From the NCBI GenBank assembly GCA_050049355.1, contig JASFWK010000002.1, positions 3,412 through 67,411 on the forward strand: a stretch of 64,000 nt of DNA, in the 5' to 3' direction. Every line of letters begins with the position of its first letter. Positions within the stretch are counted from its first letter, which is position 1. This DNA comes from Anaerolineae bacterium. Lineage in GTDB: Bacteria > Chloroflexota > Anaerolineae > B4-G1 > DUEL01. Below are positions 62,763 through 64,000 of this stretch, piece after piece. Below the pieces are notes generated by a model. It ran no database searches. It was given only the letters and a program-made list of their open reading frames with translations, and had not been told where the DNA came from. The translations under genes and the position numbers were made by a program.

Positions 62763-64000
62763 GTGAGTGATGATAAGGAAACGTCAGAAGAGAAGAAACG
62801 GCGCGTGCTCGCCGGCTCCATCGGCGATTGCGTCCACTCGCTGGGCGTGGAGAGTTTCGCCGAGTGGATGGAGGACCGCGGCGAAGGCTTCGTGGCCATC
62901 AAGCTAGGACCAGCCGTGCCCATCCAGGACGTGATCAACAAGATACGCGAATCGCGTCCTGAGGTGGTCGCCATCTCCATGCGCCTGGGCGACCTGCATG
63001 TGGACAAACTCATCGGCGAGTTCATCACAAGCGCGGCGGAACACCACTTGCTCCCCCGCGAGAGCGGCATCCGCTACGCCTTTGGCGGGCTGCGTCCAGC
63101 AGCCAACCTGGTACGGGCGATGACGGGCATGCCGGTGCTGGAGGACAAGTTCTCGCCACCGGAGGATCGTCACTACGATCTGGACGATATCGTCGAGAAC
63201 TACAGCGACATCGAGGCTTTCCAAGGCTTCTTCGGCCTTGTGGTGGATGACTTCATCACCATGGAGGAATTGGAGGCATTCGCGCGGGATGAGGCTGTCG
63301 TCGATCAGGCAGAGGAGATCCACTGGAGGGATGCACTGCTGGAACGAGTCCAGCAAGTGCGAGAACTGGAGAACCGCCCCATCGTCCGCGCCCACATCGG
63401 CATCGCCGCCGACACTATTGAGCCGACGGTGGAAGCTGTCGAGATGATGGCCGACGCCGAGTGCCTGGAGATTGTCTCGCTGGCACCCGATCAGCCCTCC
63501 CAGGAGTATTTGGCCAAGTTCGTGCGGGGTGAAGAAGACCCCGACAAGTACCTCAGGGGACAGGGGGGCACGCCCATTCGCTCCAAGGAAGACCTGCGGC
63601 GCCTTAAGGAGGCCACGCAGCGGGGCAACTACCCAATGATCCGCATCTACTCCGGCACCGACGAACTGGTCGAGCTTGCCAAGCTATTCGAAGGCACTTT
63701 CAACATGCCCTTCCCGGCGGTGCCAATCTTCTTCTACAACCAGCTGGACGGACGCGGTCCCATCTCCATCCGCGACAGTTTCGACGAGCACTTTGAGGTG
63801 ATGCGCTGGTGGGCCCAACAGGGCAAAGCCGTCGAGATCAACGATCCGCACCAGTGGCAGCTGCGCAACAGCACCGATGATCTGCTGGTGGCCGATCACG
63901 TCATTGCCGGGGTGGTGGCCCTCACGATAGGCATCAAGGACTACGTGATGCAGATGATGTACGACCTACCGCCCGGCGCCTCAGGACTTAACGATCTGGC
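62763..64000 (+). CDS. B12-binding-domain-like protein fused to an uncharacterised C-terminal (probably barrel-type) domain; 3' end outside window
   Basis: My own translation of the open frame from the GTG at 62763 (GAAGGAGAG RBS) to the window edge gave no stop. The N-terminus RRVLAGSIGDCVHSLGV...VVAISMRLG...YAFGG resembles the GlmS/MetH cobalamin-binding fold. The ORF is not in the supplied track because it lacks a stop. Confidence 0.6.
   Translation, partial: MSDDKETSEEKKRRVLAGSIGDCVHSLGVESFAEWMEDRGEGFVAIKLGPAVPIQDVINKIRESRPEVVAISMRLGDLHVDKLIGEFITSAAEHHLLPRESGIRYAFGGLRPAANLVRAMTGMPVLEDKFSPPEDRHYDLDDIVENYSDIEAFQGFFGLVVDDFITMEELEAFARDEAVVDQAEEIHWRDALLERVQQVRELENRPIVRAHIGIAADTIEPTVEAVEMMADAECLEIVSLAPDQPSQEYLAKFVRGEEDPDKYLRGQGGTPIRSKEDLRRLKEATQRGNYPMIRIYSGTDELVELAKLFEGTFNMPFPAVPIFFYNQLDGRGPISIRDSFDEHFEVMRWWAQQGKAVEINDPHQWQLRNSTDDLLVADHVIAGVVALTIGIKDYVMQMMYDLPPGASGLNDL

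Overview
GC-rich bacterial chromosomal window, almost fully coding. All calls come from reading the supplied ORF translations and the DNA by eye. No searches were run, and motif coordinates may be off by 1-2 nt.

Four blocks:
(1) 1-2.6 kb, plus strand: tail of an ABC-2 type transporter operon, a SAM methyltransferase and tRNA-Phe(GAA).
(2) 2.8-35.9 kb: one co-directional minus-strand array of about 32 tightly spaced genes headed by a PaaX-family regulator. It holds a complete ATP-dependent (class I, Bzd-type) benzoyl-CoA reductase set (bzdNOPQ order plus ferredoxin and a large ferredoxin-reducing flavo-FeS protein). It also holds the dch/had/oah ring-opening trio and beta-oxidation enzymes. 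Further genes are a third, orphan 2-hydroxyacyl-CoA-dehydratase-like/activase pair, three CoA-activating enzymes, and a tungsten-type aldehyde:ferredoxin oxidoreductase module. A 93-bp palindromic element occurs twice inside this array.
(3) 36-50.6 kb: a LexA-box-controlled imuB-dnaE2 mutasome, a kinase-like/class-III aminotransferase pair, spoVS, yihY, DUF72, mutM, a frameshifted MBL hydrolase, dinB and a GHL10 glycosidase-like protein.
(4) 50.8-64 kb, plus strand: a consensus promoter with twin palindromic operators, then about 870 nt with no credible ORF. After that comes a Dpp/Nik-type ABC importer with an MttB-family methyltransferase inserted between the permease and ATPase genes. An RpiR regulator follows (same promoter/operator architecture), then a C45 Ntn hydrolase, an opine dehydrogenase and a B12-domain protein that runs off the window.

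spoVS, the GAAC-N4-GTTC SOS box and the GC content tentatively suggest a Chloroflexota-like (or other Terrabacteria) host. This is inference only.

The most unusual items are the block-4 hybrid locus with its long leader, the orphan dehydratase/activase feeder module, the repeated palindromic element, and the GIY-YIG-like tail on the ferredoxin-reducing enzyme.
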